Source: a virus | Lineage: Duplodnaviria; Heunggongvirae; Uroviricota; Caudoviricetes; Straboviridae | DNA: 48,464 bases | Strand: one strand, 5' to 3' | Virus record (IMG/VR): IMGVR_UViG_2974587864_000001 | In this document: one piece after another, positions 34,024 through 43,184 of the stretch | How the letters are laid out: every line of letters begins with the position of its first letter | Position numbering within the stretch: position 1 is the stretch's first letter | Program-made: the position numbers and the translations under genes | The notes under the pieces: generated by a model | Told to the model about the DNA's origin: nothing | The model's database searches: none | The model's input: the letters and a program-made list of their open reading frames with translations, nothing else

Positions 34024-35689
34024 GTATCAAAATATTCTGTCGGTCGGGAACACCCCGATCGAACTGGAATTTGATACGGCAAAGAAAACCCTGATCACGG
34101 GGAAAAACGGTGGCGGTAAATCGACACTGATCGAGGCGTTAACCTATGCCCTGTTCGGTAAGTCATTCCGCGATCTAAAAGTCGGGCAGTTGGTGAACAG
34201 CGTCAACAAAAAGAAATGCCTGGTTGAACTGGAAATCGAATACGGGAAAGACTCGTACAAAGTGGTGCGCGGACAAAAGCCGAAGGTGTTCGAGATCTGG
34301 AAGAACGGTGAGAAGTTGCCGGAAGACTCCGCAGCAGGTGATTATCAGGCACAGCTTGAATCTATGCTGAACATCAACCTTGTGGGCTTCAAACAGGTTA
34401 TCGTTCTGGGTACAGCGGGTTACACCCCATTCATGGAACTGAAAACCCCAGAACGCCGGAAACTGGTTGAAGATTTGCTGTCTCTGTCCGTCATCAGTGA
34501 AATGGATAAGCTGAACAAGTCATACATTCGCGGTGTTAATCAGCAGTTGGATACGCTCTCAATGCAGGGTAATCACATCCAGCAGCAGATCGCAACACAT
34601 CAGCGCTTCATTGACGAACAGCGAGCGAAAGCGAACCAGAACAACGCCCGATACAAAGAGATCTACGATAGCCACGTAGAAACCGCGAAGAACATCAAAG
34701 CACAGCTTATGCAGTTGCAAGCGGAGATTGCGGAATCGGTGATCACTGGAGAAGACCGGACGGAAGATATCAACAAACTCCGTGACGGTTATTCGCGGCT
34801 CTCAATGACTGTAGAACAGTTTAAAAAGCTGGAGGTGATGTATCAGAAAGGCGGTGAGTGTCCGGCCTGTAAGCAAGCGATTAAACCCACTCCTGAGCGT
34901 ATGGCGGAGATCGCAGAGAACATCAAAGCGGGTACACAACGTTTAACCCTGATCAAAACCAAACAGGACGAGTTACAAGGGATCATGAATGACTTGCTGC
35001 AACAGCAACGCGCACTCAATGCCCTGAAAACCAAATATGAAGCCCTGAAAGGTACTCTGCAAAACGAAGTTGCCAATGCTAAACGCGCACAGGCGATCAT
35101 GGAACAGGCAAGCGCGGAAGTAGTCATTGATGAAGAACCCGTGAAGCAGTTGCAACAGCAGGAAGCAGAACTGAACGAAAAACGACAAGGCTACGTCAAG
35201 GAAAAATATATTCGTGGTATTGTTACGGATATGTTGAAAGATTCCGGCGTTAAAGCGAGTATCGTTAAGCGTTATATTCCGTACTTCAACAAACAGATAG
35301 CATATTATCTGGATCTGTTGGGTGCTGATTATCAGTTCACTTTAGATGACGAGTTCAACGAATCGATCAAATCACTGGGGCGCGATGATTTCAGTTATGC
35401 GTCATTCAGTCAAGGCGAACGCGCTCGCATCAACTTGTCTATTCTGTTCACATGGCGTGACGTGACAAGTAAAGTCTCCGGCGTGGATCTGTCTCTGCTG
35501 ATTCTGGACGAAGTTTTCGATAACGCTCTTGATAAAGAAGGTGCGTTTGCTGTAGGGGCTGTTCTGAATGGTATTGATGGTAATATCATGGTGATTAGCC
35601 ACAACGATTTAGACCCTGGTGATTTCGATCGTCATATCGTCATGGCTAAATTGGGGCGCTTCTCGAAGATGGAAATCAGGAAGTCTTAA
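33998..35689 (+). CDS. 46: Recombination ATPase gp46 (Rad50-like)
   Basis: GKNGGGKS, CPAC zinc hook, SFSQGERARI, LILDEVFD, ISH. Confidence 0.97.
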   Translation: MKLNFKKIKYQNILSVGNTPIELEFDTAKKTLITGKNGGGKSTLIEALTYALFGKSFRDLKVGQLVNSVNKKKCLVELEIEYGKDSYKVVRGQKPKVFEIWKNGEKLPEDSAAGDYQAQLESMLNINLVGFKQVIVLGTAGYTPFMELKTPERRKLVEDLLSLSVISEMDKLNKSYIRGVNQQLDTLSMQGNHIQQQIATHQRFIDEQRAKANQNNARYKEIYDSHVETAKNIKAQLMQLQAEIAESVITGEDRTEDINKLRDGYSRLSMTVEQFKKLEVMYQKGGECPACKQAIKPTPERMAEIAENIKAGTQRLTLIKTKQDELQGIMNDLLQQQRALNALKTKYEALKGTLQNEVANAKRAQAIMEQASAEVVIDEEPVKQLQQQEAELNEKRQGYVKEKYIRGIVTDMLKDSGVKASIVKRYIPYFNKQIAYYLDLLGADYQFTLDDEFNESIKSLGRDDFSYASFSQGERARINLSILFTWRDVTSKVSGVDLSLLILDEVFDNALDKEGAFAVGAVLNGIDGNIMVISHNDLDPGDFDRHIVMAKLGRFSKMEIRKS

Positions 35690-36386
35690 ACTTACAGTTG
35701 TCAAAATGCCATCGTTTTATATTGGTGGCATCACCAACTTTAGCGCAATGGGGGCAAGTTAATTGCTCCCTTTTCTTTTGTGTTTTTCTGTCGGGGTTCT
35801 TGGTACAATATGGAATATGACTGTTCAAGTAATGCACTGTCGATTCTGTACCACAATGAGGACAAGAACCGCGATCCGATACTACGTTGCTGTTTTTATG
35901 TGCTCGCATGACTCCTGCAAATGCATTCACTTTCCCTTCATTGCCTGGCTTGTGCTTGCAGTTGTCGAAGTGCCAGCGGTTCATATTACCTACTAAGCCG
36001 GACGTATTGCAATGAGGACACGTAACCCTGTTCTGTTGAAGTTTGGCCTGTCTCATGCGTAAGCGTGTCTCTTCGCTGAACTCTTTTTGTTTCTGGGCTT
36101 CAAGTGCTTTTTCTTTTAACCATCCATAACGGCGGTTTGCTGTACGCGCAGAAGATCGAGAAGTGCCGACTGTAAGCATGTTAGCAGCATAAATTAGTTT
36201 ATGGTTGCCTGGATACATCTTAACCAATAGCAGATGTGCTATGAAATGTTGACGTGCTGACAGTTCAACCAGATTTTCGGGATCGTCAGATCCTCCCATA
36301 CATTTTGGAACGATGTGGTGTTTCTCTTTGTACTCTGCATCCGTTCCGGCAGTCATGAGTTGTTCGTAAATCTTATGATAATTCAT
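35676..36386 (-). CDS. Free-standing HNH homing endonuclease with NUMOD3-like motif and three CxxC...H...C modules
   Basis: EKHHIVPKCMGGSDDPENLV.L..RQHFIAH.LL; SEETR.RM..AK; 3x CPHC. Confidence 0.9.
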   Translation of the reverse strand: MNYHKIYEQLMTAGTDAEYKEKHHIVPKCMGGSDDPENLVELSARQHFIAHLLLVKMYPGNHKLIYAANMLTVGTSRSSARTANRRYGWLKEKALEAQKQKEFSEETRLRMRQAKLQQNRVTCPHCNTSGLVGNMNRWHFDNCKHKPGNEGKVNAFAGVMRAHKNSNVVSDRGSCPHCGTESTVHYLNSHIPYCTKNPDRKTQKKREQLTCPHCAKVGDATNIKRWHFDNCKFKTS

Positions 36387-36434
36387 GATGATAAACCCTG
36401 TTTGATAGTCCGTTAGATACCCCTATTTAGGAAC

Positions 36435-36632
36435 ATGATTATGTTAGAAAGAGAGTTTGAACTGATAACAACCCCAGAAATTGAGAGATTTTATCTCCAC
36501 AACGAGTTGCAAGAAACGAAACATGTAGTTACAATGGCAGATGTTGAGGAAGCATTCAAAGATAACCCCATTGAATTGACCCGCATCAAGAATAATAAAT
36601 CTTCGGTGTGGTTCCTCGAAAAAATCTATTGA
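36435..36632 (+). CDS. Hypothetical protein, probable gp45.2
   Basis: 65 aa directly after gene 46, as 45.2 is in T4; assigned mainly by synteny. Confidence 0.65.
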   Translation: MIMLEREFELITTPEIERFYLHNELQETKHVVTMADVEEAFKDNPIELTRIKNNKSSVWFLEKIY

Positions 36633-36690
36633 CAGTAAAACATAAATACCTTAAAGTCGCCCGTGTACTGAGTTGCACGGGTTTTTATTT
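36629..36690 (+). promoter_or_regulatory. Promoter plus hairpin upstream of the J-domain gene
   Basis: TTGACA-17-TAAAGT; late-like CATAAATA at 36641-48; cccgtg...cacggg followed by a T run. Confidence 0.65.
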
Positions 36691-36703
36691 TGAGGAACGG
36701 AAA

Positions 36704-38404
36704 ATGATTAACGAACAAATGTCACACAGCGAAGCATTGAAGATTTTGGGCGCTACTGGCGACGAATCTAAAGCTGAACTGTCAAAGCTCTTTAAACGTG
36801 CTTCTCTGCGCAATCACCCCGACCGTGGTGGTAGCACTGAACTCATGCAGAAAATCAACCAGGCGTATGACGTTGTAACCAAAACAAACAGCGCTGGTAA
36901 AACTTTCAGTGATGTTCGCGCAGAACACGCAGCAAACAAGAAAGCGTGGGAAGAAAAATTTGCAGCGTATTTCGTGCTGGCGAAAAACTATTTCAGCACT
37001 AAATTCAACGCGCAAGAATTTGCGGAATATTTCACGAAATTCACCGGACAACCAACAACCTATACCCAGACAATCAGCGAAGTTCGCGGTCACACTGTTC
37101 ACGCAACCTATCGTTTCACTTCTGGTGATGCGTTCTTTGACTTCTCTTTCTCTTGTCAACCGCCTAACGGTCAAGGTTTAGCAGCGCCGGACGCGTCCGC
37201 ACTGGGTAGCGTATCAGTTAATACTCTGGTTCTGGTTGGTACGAAGAAACACAAAATGGCAAGCCGCGATTACCAATGGGGCAAGAACCCAGACAAAATC
37301 ACGCTGGAAAGCCTGTTCCCTACTAAGAAACTGGAATCCATCTTTAGCCCGACTAAGAAGGATCTCAAGTTCAAACGCGCGGACTACATGACATCCTTTG
37401 CCCGTATCCTGGGTGCGAAGGTTAGCGGTAACGATGTTATTGTTGATGTTGGACACTATAAAGTTCACTTCTACCGTCACGTATTCATGCGTAAAGGCGC
37501 GTATGTGTTCCAGTATGTTGTTGACCCAACTGTGAACAAATTCAAACCTGCTGAACGTCTGAAAGGTACTATGCTGGAAGACGAAGACGGTGCATGTCTG
37601 GATATGATCATCGACACTTTCAAAGAAATGCAGAAAGTGAAACCAGACGCAAGCGGAATCGCAGCAGTAATCGACAGGATGAACGCAGAGTTTGCAGCGG
37701 GGCATCGTTCAGCATCTTTTGTTAAACGTACCGCACAGCAAGCAGCAGCGCCGGAACCAGAACAGAAACCGAAACGCACCGTTAACCGCATCAATAAAGA
37801 TGACTATTTCAACGCACTGAAACAAGCGGGGGCAACATTCCGCAGTAACTACGGTAAGTTTGATAACGGCGCGGGTTTGACTTTCCACTTCAAACGCGAG
37901 ATCAGCAACCGTAAAGGTTTCTGGAGTTTCAGCAGCTTTAACTTTATGCACTCCGGTCAGAAACATGTTGAATGGTTGAAAGATATCGACATTGACGAGG
38001 ATAGCAAAGGCGCAAGTATCGGTTTGCTGGTTGATACCCTGAAACAACTTCGTGGTGTTGCTGACTGGTACACAGCCCGTAAGATCCTGGAAGGTATGCG
38101 TGATAACTTCAAGGCTGGTAAATTCTCCGCACCTCATGTGAAGAAAGAAGCCGAACAGAAACGCACTGAAACACAAGCTAAGGACGAGTTAGGCGCACAG
38201 CCTACGAAACCACAGGCAGCGAAGAAAGAAGCCCCAGCGGTTGATAAGGCTCATCAGGCACAGATGGATCGCGAGAAGTCACAGATGAATGCAACCATTC
38301 GTTCTATGCTCTCTGCCCTGGTTAAAGCCGGACGCAAAGACACGCCGGAAGAAATTAAAAAAGCAGTTGATGAAGCAATCGCTCTTTGGCGCTTGAAACA
38401 CTAA
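36704..38404 (+). CDS. J-domain (DnaJ-like) protein, long Rki-like form
   Basis: ALKILG......ELSKLFKRASLRNHPDRGG..ELMQKINQAYDV with intact HPD; start moved to 36704 after GAGGA; 566 aa. Confidence 0.9.
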   Translation: MINEQMSHSEALKILGATGDESKAELSKLFKRASLRNHPDRGGSTELMQKINQAYDVVTKTNSAGKTFSDVRAEHAANKKAWEEKFAAYFVLAKNYFSTKFNAQEFAEYFTKFTGQPTTYTQTISEVRGHTVHATYRFTSGDAFFDFSFSCQPPNGQGLAAPDASALGSVSVNTLVLVGTKKHKMASRDYQWGKNPDKITLESLFPTKKLESIFSPTKKDLKFKRADYMTSFARILGAKVSGNDVIVDVGHYKVHFYRHVFMRKGAYVFQYVVDPTVNKFKPAERLKGTMLEDEDGACLDMIIDTFKEMQKVKPDASGIAAVIDRMNAEFAAGHRSASFVKRTAQQAAAPEPEQKPKRTVNRINKDDYFNALKQAGATFRSNYGKFDNGAGLTFHFKREISNRKGFWSFSSFNFMHSGQKHVEWLKDIDIDEDSKGASIGLLVDTLKQLRGVADWYTARKILEGMRDNFKAGKFSAPHVKKEAEQKRTETQAKDELGAQPTKPQAAKKEAPAVDKAHQAQMDREKSQMNATIRSMLSALVKAGRKDTPEEIKKAVDEAIALWRLKH

Positions 38405-38451
38405 CTGATTATGCTATAATGGGAACTGTTGAAAAGCAGTTCCCTTTTTTT
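38393..38451 (+). promoter_or_regulatory. Extended -10 promoter fused to an intrinsic terminator
   Basis: TTGAAA..TGcTATAAT(38415-20), then gggaactg...cagttccc-ttttttt. Confidence 0.75.
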
Positions 38452-38462
38452 ATGAGGTGAGT

Positions 38463-38690
38463 ATGATTATTCAGGTATCGGTTCAGGGAAATACCCTGAC
38501 AGTAACAAATTCCATTATGACCGCTATGGCTGCATGTCGTGATCATGTGATGTCAAACCCTCCGGTAACGGAAATTCTGGAAATTGATGTATGGGAAGAC
38601 GGTGTGATCGAAGAATCCTTTGGGTTCACTCCGTTAGAGGAAGATTTACGTAAAATGGAACAATGGTTATGGCAAACTGTACCCCAATGA
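38463..38690 (+). CDS. Hypothetical protein
   Basis: ATG 38463 after GAGGTG. Confidence 0.72.
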   Translation: MIIQVSVQGNTLTVTNSIMTAMAACRDHVMSNPPVTEILEIDVWEDGVIEESFGFTPLEEDLRKMEQWLWQTVPQ

Positions 38691-38944
38691 AACTACCAAA
38701 ACACACAACCCTGTTAACCCGCGAAAAACTGCATTCGGTTGAATGGAGTCCGTTAGATGTGATGGTGTTCGATCTGGAATCCAAAATCATCAACGCGCAT
38801 GTTAACGGTTTGAGTATCTTTTCTGTTGAATTTGAAAAGATTCGCGGGTACAATGAAGCCTGTAAAGACAAATTGCGTGTCATGGTTGAAGCTATGGGCT
38901 ACATCGTGACTATTGAAGACAACAAAATGTGGATCGCGCTATGA
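38687..38944 (+). CDS. Hypothetical protein
   Basis: ATGA overlap with both neighbours. Confidence 0.72.
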   Translation: MKLPKHTTLLTREKLHSVEWSPLDVMVFDLESKIINAHVNGLSIFSVEFEKIRGYNEACKDKLRVMVEAMGYIVTIEDNKMWIAL

Positions 38945-39522
38945 GCAAAGTAAAAGCAGTTTTCGCCGTTGGTCATGATATGTACGAAATGGACTATGCT
39001 TTCGGTTATGAACAGGGTTTACCGTGGGGACACTGCAAAGAGGATTTACAGAACTTCAAAGCAGAAACCGCAGATAGCGTCCTGATCATGGGTGCGAACA
39101 CTTTTACTTCTCTTCCTGGTAAATTGCCAGGACGAATTCACTGCGTTATGTCTGGTTCTGGTAGTTTCCTCAAAACCAAAAAAGGCGATGTTGCTGATTA
39201 CGTCATCCACGGCGGCGGGTTATCTGCTGCAATCGACGTGATGAAAGCAACGCATCCAGATCGTGATGTGTGTCTCATTGGCGGTAAGGGGTTGCTTCTG
39301 GAAGCAATCAATAATACACTGGTTGATGAAGTGGTTGTGACGCACATTTACGGACATCATACTTTCAATGCGCCAGCTTTTAAACGTGATGTTTCGTTCA
39401 CGGTTCCTGAATTCTGTGAAGCAGTTCTGAAATATGAACTGACTGATTTCAAAATTCAGCAGATCGAATCAAACGAACGCGTCAGAAAAATTATCGTCGA
39501 CCGACATACGAAAAAGGCATAA
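38941..39522 (+). CDS. frd: Dihydrofolate reductase
   Basis: FG...GLPW..CKEDLQNFK, IMG..TF.SLP..LPGR, LIGG. Confidence 0.93.
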   Translation: MSKVKAVFAVGHDMYEMDYAFGYEQGLPWGHCKEDLQNFKAETADSVLIMGANTFTSLPGKLPGRIHCVMSGSGSFLKTKKGDVADYVIHGGGLSAAIDVMKATHPDRDVCLIGGKGLLLEAINNTLVDEVVVTHIYGHHTFNAPAFKRDVSFTVPEFCEAVLKYELTDFKIQQIESNERVRKIIVDRHTKKA

Positions 39523-39523
39523 A

Positions 39524-40378
39524 ATGAAACAATATCTTGATATCGTCAACACCGTTCTAACACACGGTACGGAATCAACCGATCGTACTGGTGTTGGTAC
39601 ACTGCGCATCTTCGGGATGCAAGCACGTTGGAACCTCGCAGAAGGTTTCCCAGCGACTACCAGCAAACAGCTATTCTTCAAACCGTGTAAACATGAATTA
39701 CAGTGGTTCCTGTCCGGTTCTACCAACGTGGAAACACTGCGTAAAATGACGTGGGGTGAAGATAGCGATAAGCGGACGATCTGGGACGATAACTACGAAA
39801 ATCAGGCAAAGGCGCTGGGTTATACGCATGGTTATCTGGGGCCGATCTACGGGCATCAATGGCGCTCATTCGGTGAGGAAGGATTTTATAATGGTGTTGA
39901 CCAGATTAAGAAAATCATCGAACAACTGAAAACCACACCAGACGATCGCGGGATCATCGTTTCTGCCTGGAACCCGATGGATCTGGATGATATGGCTTTG
40001 CGTCCGTGTCACTGTTTCTTCCAGTTCGTCGTAATCAACGGTAAACTGTCTCTACAATGGTATCAGCGTTCAGTTGATGTCTTCTTAGGGTTGCCGTTCA
40101 ATATCGCCTCCTACGCTCTCCTGACGCATATTATCGCTGATATTTGCGGGTATGAAGTGGGCGATCTGGTTTGGACTGGCGGTGATGTCCATATCTACAA
40201 AAACGCAGTAGAACAAGCGAAAGAGTTGTTGAAGCCCGAACGCGCACCGCTTCCACTTCCGACCCTCGTAATGCCGAAGGTAAATAGCTTACTTGATTTG
40301 GATCAAGAATTCTTTGACTCCATCCATTTGAAAGACTATAATCACCACGGCTCGCTAAAAGCAGCTATGGCAGTATAA
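39524..40378 (+). CDS. td: Thymidylate synthase (no intron)
   Basis: DRTGVGT, LGPIYG.QWR, MAL.PCH, YQRSVDVFLGLPFNIASY, D.HIY. Confidence 0.97.
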   Translation: MKQYLDIVNTVLTHGTESTDRTGVGTLRIFGMQARWNLAEGFPATTSKQLFFKPCKHELQWFLSGSTNVETLRKMTWGEDSDKRTIWDDNYENQAKALGYTHGYLGPIYGHQWRSFGEEGFYNGVDQIKKIIEQLKTTPDDRGIIVSAWNPMDLDDMALRPCHCFFQFVVINGKLSLQWYQRSVDVFLGLPFNIASYALLTHIIADICGYEVGDLVWTGGDVHIYKNAVEQAKELLKPERAPLPLPTLVMPKVNSLLDLDQEFFDSIHLKDYNHHGSLKAAMAV

Positions 40379-40380
40379 AC

Positions 40381-40404
40381 AAAGGGGGCGAAAGCCCCTT
40401 TCTT
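40381..40404 (+). terminator. Intrinsic terminator after td
   Basis: ggggc-GAAA-gcccc-tttctt. Confidence 0.65.
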
Positions 40405-40418
40405 AACAAGGTAAGATA

Positions 40419-42665
40419 ATGAGTGATATTAAAACAGTAGTGAAGTCTTCTGGCGTAAGTCAAACGTTCGAAAAAGAAAAACTGTTCAAAGTCCTTAATT
40501 GGGCGAGTATTGGAAGAAATATTGATGTTAACGCATTCCTTGAAAGTGTCGTTGACCTGCTTCGTGATGGTATGACTACCAAACAGATCCAGGCTGTAGC
40601 GATCAAGTATGCAGCGGATCGAATCTCCGCAAAAGAACCTGACTGGCAGTATGTAGCGGCTAACCTCGAAATGTTCGCCCTTCGTAAAACCGTTTACGGG
40701 CAGTTTGACCCGATTCCGTTCTACGAACACATCACTAAGCTGGTTGAGGCTGGAAAATACGATAAAGAAATCCTGACAAAATGGACTCCTGCTGAGATTG
40801 ATTATCTGGAATCGAAAATCAATCACGATAAAGATTTTGAATTTTCGTATGCTGGCGTTCAGCAGTTGATCGGGAAATATCTGTTGCAGGATCGCACGTC
40901 CGGCGACATCTACGAAACACCACAGTATGCATTCATGCTGATCGCGATGTGTCTGCATCAGGACGAAAAACACGCTGATAAAATCAGTCATGTTGTTGAC
41001 TTCTATAACGCGATTTCGGATCGTAAACTGTCATTGCCTACGCCTATTATGGCGGGTGTGCGTACTCCTACGCGTCAGTTCTCCAGTTGTGTTGTAATCG
41101 AATCGGGTGATTCTCTGGGTTCTCTGAACGCTGTTACGTCCGCGATCGTGAAGTATATCTCCCAACGTGCGGGTATCGGTGTCAACGCCGGACACATTCG
41201 CGCTATGGGTTCAAAAATCCGTGGTGGTGAAGCAGTACATACAGGCGTTATCCCGTTCTGGAAACACATTCAGACGGCGGTTAAATCCTGTTCCCAGGGC
41301 GGTGTTCGTGGTGGTGCAGCAACCCTGTATTATCCGATCTGGCATCTTGAAGTTGAAAACCTGCTGGTTCTGAAAAATAACCGTGGCGTTGAAGAAAACC
41401 GTATTCGTCACCTGGATTATGGCGTACAGCTTAACGATTTGATGTATAAGCGTTTAATCAATAACGATTACATCACTCTGTTCAGCCCTGACGTTGCGAA
41501 CGATCGCCTGTATGACGCGTTCTATCAAGCGGATCAGACTGAGTTTGAAGAACTGTATACCAGTCTGGAAAAAGACCCAACGGTACGCAAGAAACGCATC
41601 AAAGCGGTAGATCTGTTCCAGTTGCTTGTTCAGGAACGCGCACAGACCGGACGCAACTACATTTTCAACAGTCATCACGTAAACCAGCAGGGTAGTTTCT
41701 CTGTTCCTGTTCGTATGTCGAACCTGTGCTGTGAAATCGCGATCCCAACTTCACCGCTGGATGACGATGATAAACTGGCTGGCGAAATTGGACTGTGTAC
41801 GCTTATGGCGATCGTTCTCGATAATGCCGATATAAGCGAATTCCCAGCCCTTACACGCATCGCTGTACGCGCACTGGATAACTTGCTTGATTACCAGAAC
41901 TACCCTGTTGCAGCGGCTCTGAAAGCCAAACAGCGTCGTTCTCTGGGTGTGGGTATCACCAACTATGCATCCTGGCTGGCAAGCAACTATTGCGACTACT
42001 CCGAAGCATACGCCGGAAACGTTCATGAGTTGATGGAAGCGTTTCAATTTAACCTGCTGGTTGCCTCTATGGAACTCGCACAGGAACGCGGTGCATGTGG
42101 ACTGTTCCACGAAACGAAATATGCACAAGGGCTGTTGCCTATTGACTGGTACTGCAAAAACGTTGATGAACTGGCATCACCTGTGTATAACTGCGATTGG
42201 GAATGGTTACGCGGTGAAATCAAAAAACATGGCTTGCGTAACTCAACGCTTTCTGCTTTAATGCCTTGTGAAAGTAGCTCGCAGGTGAGTAACTCAACCA
42301 ACGGGATTGAACCTCCGCGCGGTCCTGTGAGTGTGAAATCTTCGAAAGAAGGTTCATTCAATCAGGTAGTACCAAACCAGAATAATCAGATTGACTTCTA
42401 TGATTATCTCTGGACAATGGCAAAACGTGGAAACAAAGGTTATCTGTCGCACGTAGCGGTTATGCAGAAGTTTGTTGATCAGGCTATCTCTGCAAACACC
42501 AACTATGATCCGGCTAACTTCCCAGATGGTAAAGTGAAATCTGAAATCATCCTTGAAGATCTGCTGTATGCAAACTATTTCGGCATCAAAACGCTGTACT
42601 ACCACAACACCCGCGACGGTGCAGGTGAGGAAGAAGCGGAAGATTGCGAAGGTTGCAAAATTTAA
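40419..42665 (+). CDS. nrdA: Class Ia ribonucleotide reductase alpha subunit (uninterrupted)
   Basis: ATP cone; TPIMAG.RT..RQFSSC, SNLCCEI, LGVG..N, MP.ESSSQ, C-terminal CEGCKI. Confidence 0.98.
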   Translation: MSDIKTVVKSSGVSQTFEKEKLFKVLNWASIGRNIDVNAFLESVVDLLRDGMTTKQIQAVAIKYAADRISAKEPDWQYVAANLEMFALRKTVYGQFDPIPFYEHITKLVEAGKYDKEILTKWTPAEIDYLESKINHDKDFEFSYAGVQQLIGKYLLQDRTSGDIYETPQYAFMLIAMCLHQDEKHADKISHVVDFYNAISDRKLSLPTPIMAGVRTPTRQFSSCVVIESGDSLGSLNAVTSAIVKYISQRAGIGVNAGHIRAMGSKIRGGEAVHTGVIPFWKHIQTAVKSCSQGGVRGGAATLYYPIWHLEVENLLVLKNNRGVEENRIRHLDYGVQLNDLMYKRLINNDYITLFSPDVANDRLYDAFYQADQTEFEELYTSLEKDPTVRKKRIKAVDLFQLLVQERAQTGRNYIFNSHHVNQQGSFSVPVRMSNLCCEIAIPTSPLDDDDKLAGEIGLCTLMAIVLDNADISEFPALTRIAVRALDNLLDYQNYPVAAALKAKQRRSLGVGITNYASWLASNYCDYSEAYAGNVHELMEAFQFNLLVASMELAQERGACGLFHETKYAQGLLPIDWYCKNVDELASPVYNCDWEWLRGEIKKHGLRNSTLSALMPCESSSQVSNSTNGIEPPRGPVSVKSSKEGSFNQVVPNQNNQIDFYDYLWTMAKRGNKGYLSHVAVMQKFVDQAISANTNYDPANFPDGKVKSEIILEDLLYANYFGIKTLYYHNTRDGAGEEEAEDCEGCKI

Positions 42666-42670
42666 CGGAG

Positions 42671-42691
42671 AAGCCCCGAAAGGGGCTTTTT
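42671..42691 (+). terminator. Intrinsic terminator after nrdA
   Basis: aagcccc-GAAA-ggggctt-ttt. Confidence 0.8.
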
Positions 42692-42694
42692 GAT

Positions 42695-43183
42695 ATGATA
42701 ACACAATCACGTTTGAAAGAATTATTGACGTATGACAAAGAAACTGGTATTTTTCACTGGAAAGTAAAACTGAATAACAACCATGACATAACAAAACCTG
42801 CTGGCGTTGTGTATGATGGATATGTTAGGATACAGGTAGACGGTAAAAAATATCGAGCGCACCGATTAGCGTGGTTGTATGTGTATGGCTATATGCCCGA
42901 ACTTATCGACCACAAAAACGGAATAACTACCGATAATTGGATAGATAATTTGCGCATTGCTTCATGCACTCAAAACCAATACAACAGCAAGATTCGAAAA
43001 GATAACACGTCTGGAATCAAAGGTGTTTCTTTTCATAAAAGAACTGGAAAATGGCAAGCAAAATGTCGTGTTGAGGGAATCGCTCATTATTTGGGATTAT
43101 TCCACACAACAACCGAAGCCGAAGCCGCTGTAATTGCGTTTCGACACAAACATCATCAAGAATATAGTAACGACGGAAAATAA
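42695..43183 (+). CDS. HNH-AP2 homing endonuclease (mobE position)
   Basis: YRAHRLAW, IDHKNG...DN...NLR, N.SG.KGV..HK..GKW.A...LG.F; start moved to 42695. Confidence 0.9.
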   Translation: MITQSRLKELLTYDKETGIFHWKVKLNNNHDITKPAGVVYDGYVRIQVDGKKYRAHRLAWLYVYGYMPELIDHKNGITTDNWIDNLRIASCTQNQYNSKIRKDNTSGIKGVSFHKRTGKWQAKCRVEGIAHYLGLFHTTTEAEAAVIAFRHKHHQEYSNDGK

Positions 43184-43184
43184 T

